NCBI GenBank assembly: GCA_963663165.1
Contig: OY760175.1
Location: 320,001-384,000, forward strand
Length of the DNA: 64,000 nucleotides
Source: an uncultured Desulfospira sp.
GTDB lineage: Bacteria > Desulfobacterota > Desulfobacteria > Desulfobacterales > Desulfobacteraceae
Direction: 5' to 3'
Positions 1 through 9,328 of this stretch are shown in pieces (positions within the stretch are counted from its first letter, which is position 1; each line of letters opens with the position of its first letter). A model generated the notes under the pieces. It was not told the origin of the DNA. It did no database searches and saw only the letters and a program-made list of their open reading frames with translations. Position numbers and translations under genes: made by a program.

Positions 1-180
1 CAAGAACCTGACAAGGCCGGTGATCAGCCCGACCTGGGCAAGGGTCAGGTCCAGCCGGTCCACAAATGCGGGCAGCAGCGGTGTAAAAAAAGATGAATAA
101 AAATCACCGGTAAAGTGAACCAGGGTGAGAATGAAGATGATCCGGTACTGGACCTGGTTAGGGTCGGCTTTAGTGTTCAT
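1..180 (-). CDS. MFS transporter (Fsr-like), N-terminal part; runs off window
   Basis: Manual translation from ATG at 180: MNTKADPNQVQYRIIFILTLVHFTGDFYSSFFTPLLPAFVDRLDLTLAQVGLITG; the H-F-x-x-D and P-L-L-P pattern is typical of the MFS TM1. Confidence 0.7.
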   Translation of the reverse strand, partial: MNTKADPNQVQYRIIFILTLVHFTGDFYSSFFTPLLPAFVDRLDLTLAQVGLITGLVRFL

Positions 181-183
181 AAA

Positions 184-1554
184 TCAATTTTTCAGGCTGT
201 GAATGGGCGCAGGAATCTGCCCGCCGTGGCGGACAAAGGCATCGGTCAGTTCAGGATGGGGAACGGCCATGACCCGGGCCTCGCCCAATAGCCCGCCAAA
301 ATGAACCCGGTCACCGGCTTTTTTGCCGGGTACCGGGATGATCCGGGTGGCGGTGGTCTTGGCATTGATCATGCCGATGGCCATTTCATCGGCAATGATG
401 CCGGCCAGACATTCCACACTGATGTCCCCGGGGACCGGGACCATGTCAAGGCCGACGGAACAGACACAGGTCATGGCCTCAAGCTTTTCAATGGACAAAA
501 AGCCCTTATGGGCGGCATTGGCAATATTTAAATCTTCGCTCACCGGAATAAAGGCCCCGCTTAATCCCCCCACATGGGAGCTGGCAAAGGCCCCGCCCTT
601 TTTAACGGCATCGTTAAGCATGGCCAGGGCCGCTGTCGAGCCGGGAACCCCGATCTGGCTTAAGCCCAAAGCCTGGAAGATTTCACCGATGCTGTCGCCC
701 ACCGTGGGCGTCGGGGCCAGGGACAGGTCCACCACCCCGAAGTTTACCCCTAAGGTATCGGCCACTTCCCGGCCGATGAGTTCGCCCACCCGGGTGACCT
801 TGCAGGCGGTCCGTTTGATGATTTCGGCAATTTCCCCCAGGGAGTGTTCCCGGTTCTCAAGGTTTCTTTCAATGGCCCGCTTGACCACGCCGGGTCCGGA
901 CACCCCCACATTGATGACCGCATCGGCCACGCCCACACCCAGGTAGGCCCCGGCCATAAATGGCATGTCCTGGGGGATGTTGGAAAATACGCACAGCTTG
1001 GCACAGGCCAGGCCGTCATCTTCGGCGGTCAGTTCAGCCGCTTTTTTGATGGCCCTGGCCATTTCAAGCACGGCGTCCATATTGATACCGGCCCTTGTGG
1101 TGGCCACGTTGACCGAGGCACAGATCCGCTGGGTCTGGGCCAGGGCCTGGGGCAGGGCTTCAATCAAAGCCTTGTCCCCTTTGGCCATGCCCTTTTCCAC
1201 TAAAGCTGAAAACCCGCCGATAAAGTCAATATTAACCATTTTGGCAATGTCGTTGAGTTCAAGGGCGATCTCAATCATCTGGTCAGGGGAAAAGGCTGCC
1301 CCCACCAGGGCCACCGGGCTGATAGAGATTCGTTTGTTGACCACCTTTATCCCGTATTTTTCCCCCACGGCATCACAGACCGGCACCAGTTGGGAAGACA
1401 GGGCCAGGATTTTTTCTCTGATATTTTGTTTGAAAATCCGGATATCGTGGCTGATGCAGTCAAACAGGTTGATCCCCAAAGTGACCGCCCGCACATCCAA
1501 TTTTTCGTTTTTGACCATCTCAATGGTGGAGATGATTTCCTGATCGTTAAACAT
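184..1554 (-). CDS. PFL-like family protein (DUF711/UPF0210)
   Basis: 456 aa; motifs LDVRAVTLGINL, VNKRISISP, GGLSGAFIPVSED, MTCVCSVGLDM; adjacent to an ACT gene as usual. Confidence 0.9.
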   Translation of the reverse strand: MFNDQEIISTIEMVKNEKLDVRAVTLGINLFDCISHDIRIFKQNIREKILALSSQLVPVCDAVGEKYGIKVVNKRISISPVALVGAAFSPDQMIEIALELNDIAKMVNIDFIGGFSALVEKGMAKGDKALIEALPQALAQTQRICASVNVATTRAGINMDAVLEMARAIKKAAELTAEDDGLACAKLCVFSNIPQDMPFMAGAYLGVGVADAVINVGVSGPGVVKRAIERNLENREHSLGEIAEIIKRTACKVTRVGELIGREVADTLGVNFGVVDLSLAPTPTVGDSIGEIFQALGLSQIGVPGSTAALAMLNDAVKKGGAFASSHVGGLSGAFIPVSEDLNIANAAHKGFLSIEKLEAMTCVCSVGLDMVPVPGDISVECLAGIIADEMAIGMINAKTTATRIIPVPGKKAGDRVHFGGLLGEARVMAVPHPELTDAFVRHGGQIPAPIHSLKN

Positions 1555-1562
1555 GATGGGTC

Positions 1563-2117
1563 CTATATTTTATTAATGGCGTCAAAAATGTTCCGGTGCT
1601 GAATCCGGATATCCAGGTTAAGCTCCGAAGCCTTGGCTTTCAGGGCGTCAAACATGCTGGGGGCATCCACATCCGGGGTGATCAGAACCTGGTAGGACAT
1701 GACATTGCTGTTGGGGTCAATGCCCCCCTTGAATACGGCTTTTAAATTGACAATATTGGCGCCGAATCCGGCAATGATCTTTGAAAAACCGGCCACCAGG
1801 CCTTTTTGGTCCGGTCCGATGGTGGTGATTAAAAAGATGTCGCCGGTGGTATCCTCATACTTTCCGGATTCAGTGTCCAGGTCATTGACATAAACGGCCA
1901 GGCCGGAACTCCCGTTTTTTTCACGGATCCGGGCGGTCAGCTTTTCAGCATCGGTTCCGGCCGGGGGCTCCACAATAAAAAATCCGGCAAACTGGCGTTG
2001 CAGAATCATCTGGTTGACGTTTTCAAGGTTGCAGTCCAGCTCAAAGAGCAGATTGCTGATATGGGAAATTATCCCGGGCCGGTCTTTGCCAAGAACGGTG
2101 ATCATCAGTTTGTTCAT
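1563..2117 (-). CDS. Tandem ACT domain protein (GcvR-like)
   Basis: ITVLGKDRPGII and TTIGPDQKGLVA ACT motifs. Confidence 0.85.
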   Translation of the reverse strand: MNKLMITVLGKDRPGIISHISNLLFELDCNLENVNQMILQRQFAGFFIVEPPAGTDAEKLTARIREKNGSSGLAVYVNDLDTESGKYEDTTGDIFLITTIGPDQKGLVAGFSKIIAGFGANIVNLKAVFKGGIDPNSNVMSYQVLITPDVDAPSMFDALKAKASELNLDIRIQHRNIFDAINKI

Positions 2118-2140
2118 GGGGATCCTTTTTTTAAAAGGGT

Positions 2141-2184
2141 TTTAGACTGAAGGGCGTTACCCCGCCTTCAGTCTTCAGCCTAAA
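2141..2184. repeat. CTGAAG-type heptamer inverted array / hairpin after rpe
   Basis: AGACTGAAGG...CCTTCAGTCTTCAGCCT; same family at 50459-50534. Confidence 0.6.
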
Positions 2185-2836
2185 CTCCTTCAGCCTTTCT
2201 TAAGTCCGAAATGGTCTGCCGGTAATCCGCCGTGTTGAAAATGGCGGAGCCTGCCACAAAACAGGATGCCCCGGCCCTGGCCACCCGGGAAATGGTTGCC
2301 GGGTTGACCCCGCCGTCCACCTGGATCAGGGCATTGGGATTTGTTTGCTTGAGCATTTCAGACAAAGTTTTAATTTTGGTTATACTGGATTCAATAAATT
2401 TTTGCCCCCCAAATCCGGGGTTCACGCTCATGACCAGGACAAAATCCAGATCTTCTAGGACATATTCAATGGCGGACAAGGGGGTGGCCGGGTTCAGGGC
2501 CACGCCGGCTTTAACACCAAGGCTTTTGATCAGCTGGATGCTCCGGTGAAGGTGGGGGCAGGCTTCGGCATGGACGGAAATATAGTCTGCCCCGGCCTTG
2601 GCAAATTCCGGGACCATCAGGTCCGGCCGTTCAATCATGAGATGGACGTCCAGCACAAGGCCGGACACCCGTTTGCAGGCCTCGACAATAATGGGGCCAT
2701 AGGTGATGTTGGGGACAAAGGCGCCGTCCATCACGTCAATGTGGACCCAGTCGGCACCGGCGGTTTCAATGGCGTCAAGTTCCTGTCCCAGGATAGTGAA
2801 GTCCGCCGAAAGAATAGAGGGGGCAATCAATCCCAT
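2180..2836 (-). CDS. rpe: Ribulose-phosphate 3-epimerase
   Basis: IAPSILSADF, HIDVMDG, MSVNPGFGGQ, VDGG motifs; start placed at MGLIAPS (2836). Confidence 0.95.
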   Translation of the reverse strand: MGLIAPSILSADFTILGQELDAIETAGADWVHIDVMDGAFVPNITYGPIIVEACKRVSGLVLDVHLMIERPDLMVPEFAKAGADYISVHAEACPHLHRSIQLIKSLGVKAGVALNPATPLSAIEYVLEDLDFVLVMSVNPGFGGQKFIESSITKIKTLSEMLKQTNPNALIQVDGGVNPATISRVARAGASCFVAGSAIFNTADYRQTISDLRKAEGV

Positions 2837-3852
2837 TTGGTCTCTCCTGTATCTGAAAACCATCCCCGGTCCCAGGGCAGGCAATAGGTTTCGGTTACCT
2901 GGTGCCAGGGGTCAACACGGGTGGTTTTAACCAGTTGGTTATCAACAAAAATCCGTATATTAGTGTGTATTCCCTCAGGAATCAATAGGGTGATATCTTT
3001 TCCCGCTTGAATATACTCATCATAAAGGCAAAGGTCCATGCCCATCATTTCCATTTCAATTTTTACATGCTTTTTTAAAAATCCAAAGCCAAGGCTGTGG
3101 GTGACCCGGATAACGCCATGAAGGTCATCACTCTCCTGGCGGGGGGCGCTGACCTTGATATAGACGGTCTGGCCCGGAAAAACAGGATACCCGTAACCGG
3201 GATCATGGGACAGAACAAGCCCGGGTGCCGTGTGTGACACGGTTTCTATGGATAGTGCGCTTTTGATGTTCAAGTCGGCCAGAAAGCTTTGGGCCCTTTC
3301 CTTTTCCATGTTTTGAAGATCCGGCATGATTCTGGCTTCCACCCGGGGGCCTTTTCCTACCAAAAGGCTGCACGCACCCAGTTTAGAGAGGTTGGAAAAA
3401 GGGGGCGGGTCCTGGGCAATGATATGGTCCCTTGCCGTTTCCCGGGCATACACATAGCTGATGGTCCCGGGAATAAACCCTGCTTTTTCAAGGCAAAGGC
3501 GGGCCTGTTCCAGGGGCATCTGCCGCAAGTCGGGCATAAGGGCCTTTTCACTGCCCTTTGAAATATAGATGACCACATCCCGTCCCTTTTTGATCAGGGT
3601 GCCCGGGGGCGGGTCCTGGAAGGTGATGCCGTATTCGGCAATGTCCCTGTCATACCGGCTGCCCATGAGTTTTGCGTTTAAGCCGAGACGGGTCAGGGTT
3701 TCCAGAACATAGATGATGTTTTTACCGGTCAGCTCGGGCATCACCACTTCCTCGGCGCTCTGGGTATACAAGGTGATAAAGGCGTATCCCCCGATACCGG
3801 CCAGGCTGCACGCCAGAACAAAAACGGTAAGAAATTTAATGGCAGCTTTCAT
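2827..3852 (-). CDS. Membrane-anchored PASTA-domain protein (3 PASTA repeats, no kinase domain)
   Basis: N-terminal TM helix, then repeats MPELTG/MPDLRQ/MPDLQN each followed by QDPPP-like motif. Confidence 0.85.
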   Translation of the reverse strand: MKAAIKFLTVFVLACSLAGIGGYAFITLYTQSAEEVVMPELTGKNIIYVLETLTRLGLNAKLMGSRYDRDIAEYGITFQDPPPGTLIKKGRDVVIYISKGSEKALMPDLRQMPLEQARLCLEKAGFIPGTISYVYARETARDHIIAQDPPPFSNLSKLGACSLLVGKGPRVEARIMPDLQNMEKERAQSFLADLNIKSALSIETVSHTAPGLVLSHDPGYGYPVFPGQTVYIKVSAPRQESDDLHGVIRVTHSLGFGFLKKHVKIEMEMMGMDLCLYDEYIQAGKDITLLIPEGIHTNIRIFVDNQLVKTTRVDPWHQVTETYCLPWDRGWFSDTGETKWD

Positions 3853-3863
3853 TGCTCAAATTT

Positions 3864-5237
3864 TTACGATGCGGGTGATCCGTCTTTGGGACTGCGGCGC
3901 AGACGGGCAGCAAAAAAGCCGTCCATTTGAAGCCTGTCCGGGTATGTTGTGAAAACCCCCTGGGGATTCAGGATACCGGGCAGTTCAACAGACAGATCAG
4001 GATTTTTGTCCAGAGTATAATCTTTTCGCTTTTTTAAAAAGGATTTAATGACATCAATGGTTTCTTCGGGCTCACAGGAGCAGACCGCATACACCACCCG
4101 GCCGCCGGGTCTGACCAGGCCGGCCGCGGCATTGAGCAGTTTCCTCTGCCGGGCGGCCATGCGCTGAAGGTCTTTAAAGGTCCGTTTCCATTTGGTGTCG
4201 GGGTTCCGCCGCAGGACCCCAAGCCCGCTGCACGGAGCATCGAGCAGGACAGCATCAAAAAAATCGTCAAAATCCTTGATACTGGTTTTGAGCAGATCCC
4301 TGCAGCAGACCGCCGTGTTGTCGATATGAAGCCGCCGGGCCTCTTCCTGAAGGGTCTCTAATTTGGCCTTTCCGATGTCCATGGCGGTGATGGTTCCCTG
4401 GTTGTCCATCAGGGATGCCATATGAAGGGTCTTTCCCCCGACACCGGCACAGGCATCAAGAATGGTTTCTCCCGGCTGGGGGGCCAGAATCCGCGACACC
4501 AACTGGGCTGCCTCATCCTGAACCTGGAAAAACCCGTCGTCAAAACCGGGCAGAAGCTCCACCCGGGAGCCCGGGCCGGACAGGTTAATGCCGTCCGGGC
4601 TGGTCGGGGTCAGTTCAACGGTGTGGCCGGCCTTTTCAAGGATCTGGAAAAGACTTACCCTTGAAGTGGCCAGGGGATTCACCCTCAGGGTCAGGGGGGG
4701 GATCTGGTTGACCGATTCACAGATGGCGCGGGTTTTTTCAAGGCCGTACAGCGCGGCCCATTTTTTGAGCAGCCAGGGAGGAAACGACAGGGCCGTTGCC
4801 ATGTGGGCGACAGAGCCCTGTTTATGGGGCAGTTCAATGGCGGTCCGGTTTCGGGCCGCATTTCTTAACACCGCATTGACAAATCCGGAGGCCTTTTTTA
4901 ATCCGATGGTTTTGGACAGCTCAATGGCCTTGTCAATGGCGGCGTAATCGGGCACCCGGTCCATGAACATTACCTGAAACAGGGCCATGCGCAGCAAATG
5001 AACCACTTTGGCGTCCAGCTTTTCAAAGGCCGTTTTCGAAAAAGATCTGATCACGTGGTCCAGATAGGCCCGGTTGCGAAGCACGCCGAACACAATGGCA
5101 TAGCACAGCCGTTTGTCCCGGTCTGAAAGTTCGTTCAGGCGGGGGGCGGCATGGTCTAAGGTCTGGTCAAGGGTGGTTTTCGGATCAGCGGAGGCGTCAA
5201 GAATGTCCAGGGCCGTATGGCGGGGATCTAAGGTCAT
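3864..5237 (-). CDS. rsmB: 16S rRNA m5C967 methyltransferase
   Basis: NusB-like N-terminus, DACAGVGGKT, LDAPCSGLG; downstream of fmt. Confidence 0.93.
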   Translation of the reverse strand: MTLDPRHTALDILDASADPKTTLDQTLDHAAPRLNELSDRDKRLCYAIVFGVLRNRAYLDHVIRSFSKTAFEKLDAKVVHLLRMALFQVMFMDRVPDYAAIDKAIELSKTIGLKKASGFVNAVLRNAARNRTAIELPHKQGSVAHMATALSFPPWLLKKWAALYGLEKTRAICESVNQIPPLTLRVNPLATSRVSLFQILEKAGHTVELTPTSPDGINLSGPGSRVELLPGFDDGFFQVQDEAAQLVSRILAPQPGETILDACAGVGGKTLHMASLMDNQGTITAMDIGKAKLETLQEEARRLHIDNTAVCCRDLLKTSIKDFDDFFDAVLLDAPCSGLGVLRRNPDTKWKRTFKDLQRMAARQRKLLNAAAGLVRPGGRVVYAVCSCEPEETIDVIKSFLKKRKDYTLDKNPDLSVELPGILNPQGVFTTYPDRLQMDGFFAARLRRSPKDGSPAS

Positions 5238-6178
5238 TGCATGGAAAACCGGGCCGGCAGGTCAATGGTGTGCCCCCGTAAAAACGCATCAGCGTTCAGG
5301 CGTTTTCCCGAGGACCCCATCAGCTCCTGGATAATCACCGCTCCGCTGCCGGTCCCTGTAAAGATACCGTCATCAGTTATTTTGAAAATTTCACCGGGCC
5401 GGGCGGTCTGGTCCACGGGGCATACTTTGAAGATCTTGAGCCGCTGGCCGTTAAGAAAGGTAAATGCCCCGGGCCAGGGGGCCATGGCATTCACATGGGC
5501 CTGGATGTTAAGGGCAGGGGCTTCCCAGTTGATCAGGCCGTCGGATTTTTTGAGCATGTGGACATAAGTGGCCCTGGCATGGTCCTGGGGAACCGGTGTG
5601 ACCTTATTTTTAAGGACCTGGTCAATGGTGTCACAGATCAGGCCGGCCCCCAGGTCCGCGAGCCGGTCGTGAAGGGCCTGGGCCGTGTCTTCCGGGGTCA
5701 CCGGTGTGGTGTCGGATAACAGGATATCCCCGGCATCCATGGCCTTTGCCATGACCATGGTGGTCACTCCGGAAAGTTTATCCATGTTCAAAATGGCGGC
5801 CTGGATGGGGGCGGCCCCCCGGTATAAGGGCAGCAAAGAGGCGTGGATATTAATGGGATAAATTTTGGGGATATCCAGAATATCCTGAGACAACATCTGG
5901 CCGTAAGCCGCCACCACAAAAAAGTCAGGTTTAAGGCTGGACAGCCGGTCATAACTTTGGGGGGTATTGATCTTTTCGGGCTGAAAAATTTCAATGCCCA
6001 GATCAAGGCCGGCCGCCTTAACCGGCGAAAAAGCCAGTTTTTTGCCTCGTCCCTTGGGGCGGTCGGGCTGGGTCACCACAAGGCTGACATGAAAGTCCGG
6101 CCTTTGGGCTAAGGCCTTTAAGGCCGGGACACTGAAGTCAGGGGTCCCCATGTAGATGATGTTGGGTTTTCCGGGCAA
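5234..6178 (-). CDS. fmt: Methionyl-tRNA formyltransferase
   Basis: MGTPDFS, TQPDRPKGRG, NIHASLLPLYRGAAPIQ. Confidence 0.96.
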   Translation of the reverse strand: MPGKPNIIYMGTPDFSVPALKALAQRPDFHVSLVVTQPDRPKGRGKKLAFSPVKAAGLDLGIEIFQPEKINTPQSYDRLSSLKPDFFVVAAYGQMLSQDILDIPKIYPINIHASLLPLYRGAAPIQAAILNMDKLSGVTTMVMAKAMDAGDILLSDTTPVTPEDTAQALHDRLADLGAGLICDTIDQVLKNKVTPVPQDHARATYVHMLKKSDGLINWEAPALNIQAHVNAMAPWPGAFTFLNGQRLKIFKVCPVDQTARPGEIFKITDDGIFTGTGSGAVIIQELMGSSGKRLNADAFLRGHTIDLPARFSMQ

Positions 6179-6180
6179 GT

Positions 6181-6708
6181 CTATTCCTCGGTTTTTAATT
6201 TTTTCATGACTTTTTTCCGGTACATGGCCCGTTTCAGGGAAGAAATCCGGTCAATGAACAGGATCCCGTTCAGATGGTCGATTTCATGCTGCATGATCAC
6301 GGCTTCAAGGTCAACGGCTTCAAATTCCAGTTCTTTGCCCTCTATGCTCAAGGCCCGCACCGTCACTTTTTCAGCCCGTTTCACGTCGGCCCGGTAATCG
6401 GGCACACTCAGGCAGCCTTCATTTTCCGAGATAAAACTGCCTGAAGATGCAATGATTTCAGGGTTGATCAGGGCAGTGAAGGTTTTGGCTGAATTATCGG
6501 CCTCCGGGTCGCCGGCCAGGGGGTTGTAAACAATCAGGCGCTTGTTGACCCCGACCTGGGGGGCGGCAAGTCCGACGCCGGCATCATGGTACATGGTTTC
6601 TCCCATGTTCCGGATCAATTCCTTTAGCTCTTCATCTATGGTTTCAACTTCTTCGGAAGGTCTGGAAAGCGACGTTTCCGGATAAGTTACAATGTCAAGA
6701 ACGGCCAT
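6181..6708 (-). CDS. def: Peptide deformylase
   Basis: [22 protein letters not shown]. Confidence 0.97.
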   Translation of the reverse strand: MAVLDIVTYPETSLSRPSEEVETIDEELKELIRNMGETMYHDAGVGLAAPQVGVNKRLIVYNPLAGDPEADNSAKTFTALINPEIIASSGSFISENEGCLSVPDYRADVKRAEKVTVRALSIEGKELEFEAVDLEAVIMQHEIDHLNGILFIDRISSLKRAMYRKKVMKKLKTEE

Positions 6709-7639
6709 TTTTCTTCAAAATTTCCTTTGCTGTCTCAATATCCTGCCGGATCTGACCGGAAAGCTCCTGGATATTGGAGAATTTTTTTTCATCCCGTAAC
6801 CGTGCCACCATATTAACCCGGATCCTTGAGCCGTAAATATCATGGTCAAAATCAAGGATATGGACCTCAATGGTAAACATGTGGTCGCCAAAGGTCGGGG
6901 AGAACCCGATATTGGCAACCCCGGGAAAGTTTCCTTTAATGGTTTCAACCGTGACGGCGTAAACCCCGAGCTTGGGGCACAGTTCATCATGAAGTTTAAT
7001 GTTGGCAGTGGGAAAGCCTAACTGGCTGCCCCCTCTTTTTCTGCCTTTGATGACCTTGCCCCGGATCTGGTAATACCGGCCCAGGTATTTGACGGCCTGT
7101 GCCACATGCCCGTCCATGACCAGTTCCCGGATCCGGGTGCTTGAAATTCGCTCGGTCCCGCCATTGGCGTCTTTGATCCAGGTGGACATGATGGTTTCAA
7201 AGCCTAAGCTTTTGCCCATGTCCTGAAGCAGGCCCACATTTCCCGTGCGCCCCTTTCCAAAAGAATAATCCGGTCCGATAATAATGGCCTTCATACCGAT
7301 TTTTTCGACAAGCATATCCGTTACAAAATCCCGGGCCGGGATGGCGGCAAATTCTTTGGTAAAGGGGATGCAGATCAACACGTCAATGCCGGTCTGCTCG
7401 ATGAGTTCAAATTTCTGGTCATGCCGGGTAATCAGCGGTGGGCTGGCCAGTCCCAAGGCCCGGAGCGGGTGGGGCTCAAAGGTTATGGCGACCGAAGTGC
7501 CGCCGATTTCATCCGCCTTTTCAATCACCTGATGCATCAGGGCCTGATGTCCTTTGTGGACCCCGTCAAAGTTCCCTATAGTGACAACAGCCCGGTTGAA
7601 CGGGCTGCTGATCTGGTCAATATTTTCAAATAACTCCAT
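6695..7639 (-). CDS. ribF: Bifunctional riboflavin kinase/FAD synthetase
   Basis: [24 protein letters not shown]; start placed at MELFEN. Confidence 0.95.
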   Translation of the reverse strand: MELFENIDQISSPFNRAVVTIGNFDGVHKGHQALMHQVIEKADEIGGTSVAITFEPHPLRALGLASPPLITRHDQKFELIEQTGIDVLICIPFTKEFAAIPARDFVTDMLVEKIGMKAIIIGPDYSFGKGRTGNVGLLQDMGKSLGFETIMSTWIKDANGGTERISSTRIRELVMDGHVAQAVKYLGRYYQIRGKVIKGRKRGGSQLGFPTANIKLHDELCPKLGVYAVTVETIKGNFPGVANIGFSPTFGDHMFTIEVHILDFDHDIYGSRIRVNMVARLRDEKKFSNIQELSGQIRQDIETAKEILKKNGRS

Positions 7640-7760
7640 AATTCCTGATTTTTTGGAAAACTTGCTGCGGGCGGCCTTAACCATTCCGGCTTAAGGCACG
7701 CCCGCATCATATATTCCAATTATTTTCCGGCCATCACCGGAAGGTTTACGTAAAATATAG

Positions 7761-7789
7761 TTGACAAAGCAAACAAACAAATATATATA
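7761..7789 (+). promoter_or_regulatory. Candidate sigma70 promoter of tRNA-Leu
   Basis: TTGACA-17 nt-TATATA upstream of the tRNA. Confidence 0.5.
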
Positions 7790-7845
7790 GCCTAACCATC
7801 GTTTTTAAGCAATCTTTAATTGGCGCTTAAAAACGACCCTTGAGT

Positions 7846-7932
<87 letters not shown>

Positions 7933-7941
7933 CCCCTCATT

Positions 7942-7969
7942 AAGCTGCTGTGATTACAGCGGCTTTTTT
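7942..7969 (+). terminator. Intrinsic terminator after tRNA
   Basis: AAGCTGCTGT-gatt-ACAGCGGCTTTTTT hairpin plus T tract. Confidence 0.7.
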
Positions 7970-8033
7970 GCTTTTATGGCTTGAAGATTAAATTTGATCG
8001 TCTGTTGTCCACATAAACAAATGGAGGACCAGA

Positions 8034-8210
8034 ATGATTAAAGCGTCTTCCACCAGTTACCTCACCCGGAATCCGTATTCATATTATTTCAGGATGAGGG
8101 TCCCTCTCTCACTTCAAGCTACATTGCAGAGGAAAGAATTGAAATATTCCCCATTATGTCAGATCCGTGGTCCGTGCCCATTTTCAAAAGTATTTTCAAA
8201 CTTTTTATAA
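8034..8210 (+). pseudogene. Integrase N-terminal (DUF6538-like) remnant
   Basis: GGAGG SD then MIKASSTSYLTRNPYSYYFRMRVPLSLQATLQRKELKYS; the Y-F-R-x-R-V-P-x-x-L...KEL-x-x-S pattern resembles the integrase arm domain; similarity ends ~8150; located right after a tRNA. Confidence 0.65.
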
Positions 8211-8224
8211 TAGTGCGCTATATA

Positions 8225-8281
8225 TGTAATATTTTTCACAAACTATGTAAAAATTGACATAATTATGTGAAAAATATTACG
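8225..8281. promoter_or_regulatory. Palindromic TGT...ACA boxes (candidate PrsR-type enhancer)
   Basis: Perfect 15-bp inverted repeat GTAATATTTTTCACA (8226-8240) / TGTGAAAAATATTAC (8266-8280) with TGTAAAAATTGACA between. Confidence 0.45.
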
Positions 8282-8534
8282 CAACCGGGTGATCGGTTAG
8301 GTCAAGCCCGTTGTCCGAAACAAATCAAAAATAAATGTGGAAAAAATTTTGGACTGAAATAACTTGTCGAAATCATATTTAAAATATTTCAACTCACCGT
8401 AGGCTTTTTTTTTCTATCATCAGGCGCATTATACCGCATTAAGCAAAGAAGATGGAGAACCTTATCAAATAATCATTATGACACCGTACATATACGAGGA
8501 TTATGATGAGGCAAACGAAAAAGGAAGGATAGGT

Positions 8535-8838
8535 GTAACTGTTCAGCAGTGCCCCATCTTCGCTCATTCAGGCCTTCTCACATAGCAAAAGTATGCTACG
8601 AAGACCTGACTAAACAAATATGAAGCACTGATGAACAGTTACGGACCCTGATTTTTACTTAGTTTTCAGCATTAGCTGAATAGTTAGTGTTTGAACGAAA
8701 AGTCGCCCATCTGCTGCGTTGCAAAAAAATTTGCAATCCTCACAACCCCTATGGTTGCTCCGGTTGCAAATTTTTTTTGCGCCTTGCATCTGGGCAACTT
8801 TTCGCCCAAACACGGGTTTTCGTTCAGACACTAGTTAC
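8535..8838. mobile_element. IS66-like MITE with 8-bp target duplication (contains a nested 145-bp MITE)
   Basis: Ends GTAACTGTTCAGC / GCTGAATAGTTAC (right end split by the nested element); direct repeat GGATAGGT at 8527-8534 and 8839-8846. Confidence 0.75.
8687..8831 (+). mobile_element. 145-bp MITE, copy 1
   Basis: TIR GTGTTTGAACGAAAA / TTTTCGTTCAGACAC; flanking duplication TAGTTA (8681-8686, 8832-8837). Confidence 0.9.
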
Positions 8839-9167
8839 GGATAGGTAAACTAACATCATCAGGTTTCTATGTGTGGTACGGGGTTGTCGGACCAAATTCA
8901 GAATATGGTTATAGGACTAATGAAGTATCTGATTATTATGTGGAATTGACGGCTGAAAACGAACATTATATCTCCTACGCCGAATATTGGGCGGTGTGGA
9001 CCCTGTCAGAGGCACAAACCCCAATCCCCAATACTGTTTTCCTGTTAGGGGCAGGCCTTATTGGTCTGGCTGGTTTGACAAGGAAAAAATAGTGTAATAA
9101 AGCTTAACTGCAACCGTCCGGTGCCCCTGCGCATATTTAAGCGTACCGCCCGATGTGGATTGAGTCT

Positions 9168-9210
9168 GCCGCACCTTGCCCATCAGGCCGCCCGGCGATG
9201 CGGTTTTTTT
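9168..9210 (+). terminator. Probable intrinsic terminator
   Basis: CCGCACCTTGCC...GGCGATGCGG followed by a T tract. Confidence 0.5.
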
Positions 9211-9328
9211 GTATTTATCGGGTTTCCCTGCATCTTGCCTTTTTGACAAATTTCTTATAATCCGTTATAGGTTAAAAAGAAATCTTCCAGTCTGTTTTGA
9301 TTTAGCGAAAAAACATGGGTTTCCTTAA

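Larger units (their letters stand above)
8403..9092 (+). pseudogene. PEP-CTERM/VPLPA-CTERM surface protein, 5'-truncated and interrupted by nested MITEs
   Basis: C-terminus TPIPNTVFLLGAGLIGLAGLTRKK is an exosortase signal; joining 8534 to 8847 gives a continuous frame back to the stop at 8400-8402. Confidence 0.7.

Noticed and set aside
323..1543. Long antisense ORFs here and elsewhere (e.g. 44416-45144, 47177-47851)
   Set aside because: Shadow frames of well-supported genes, lacking motifs
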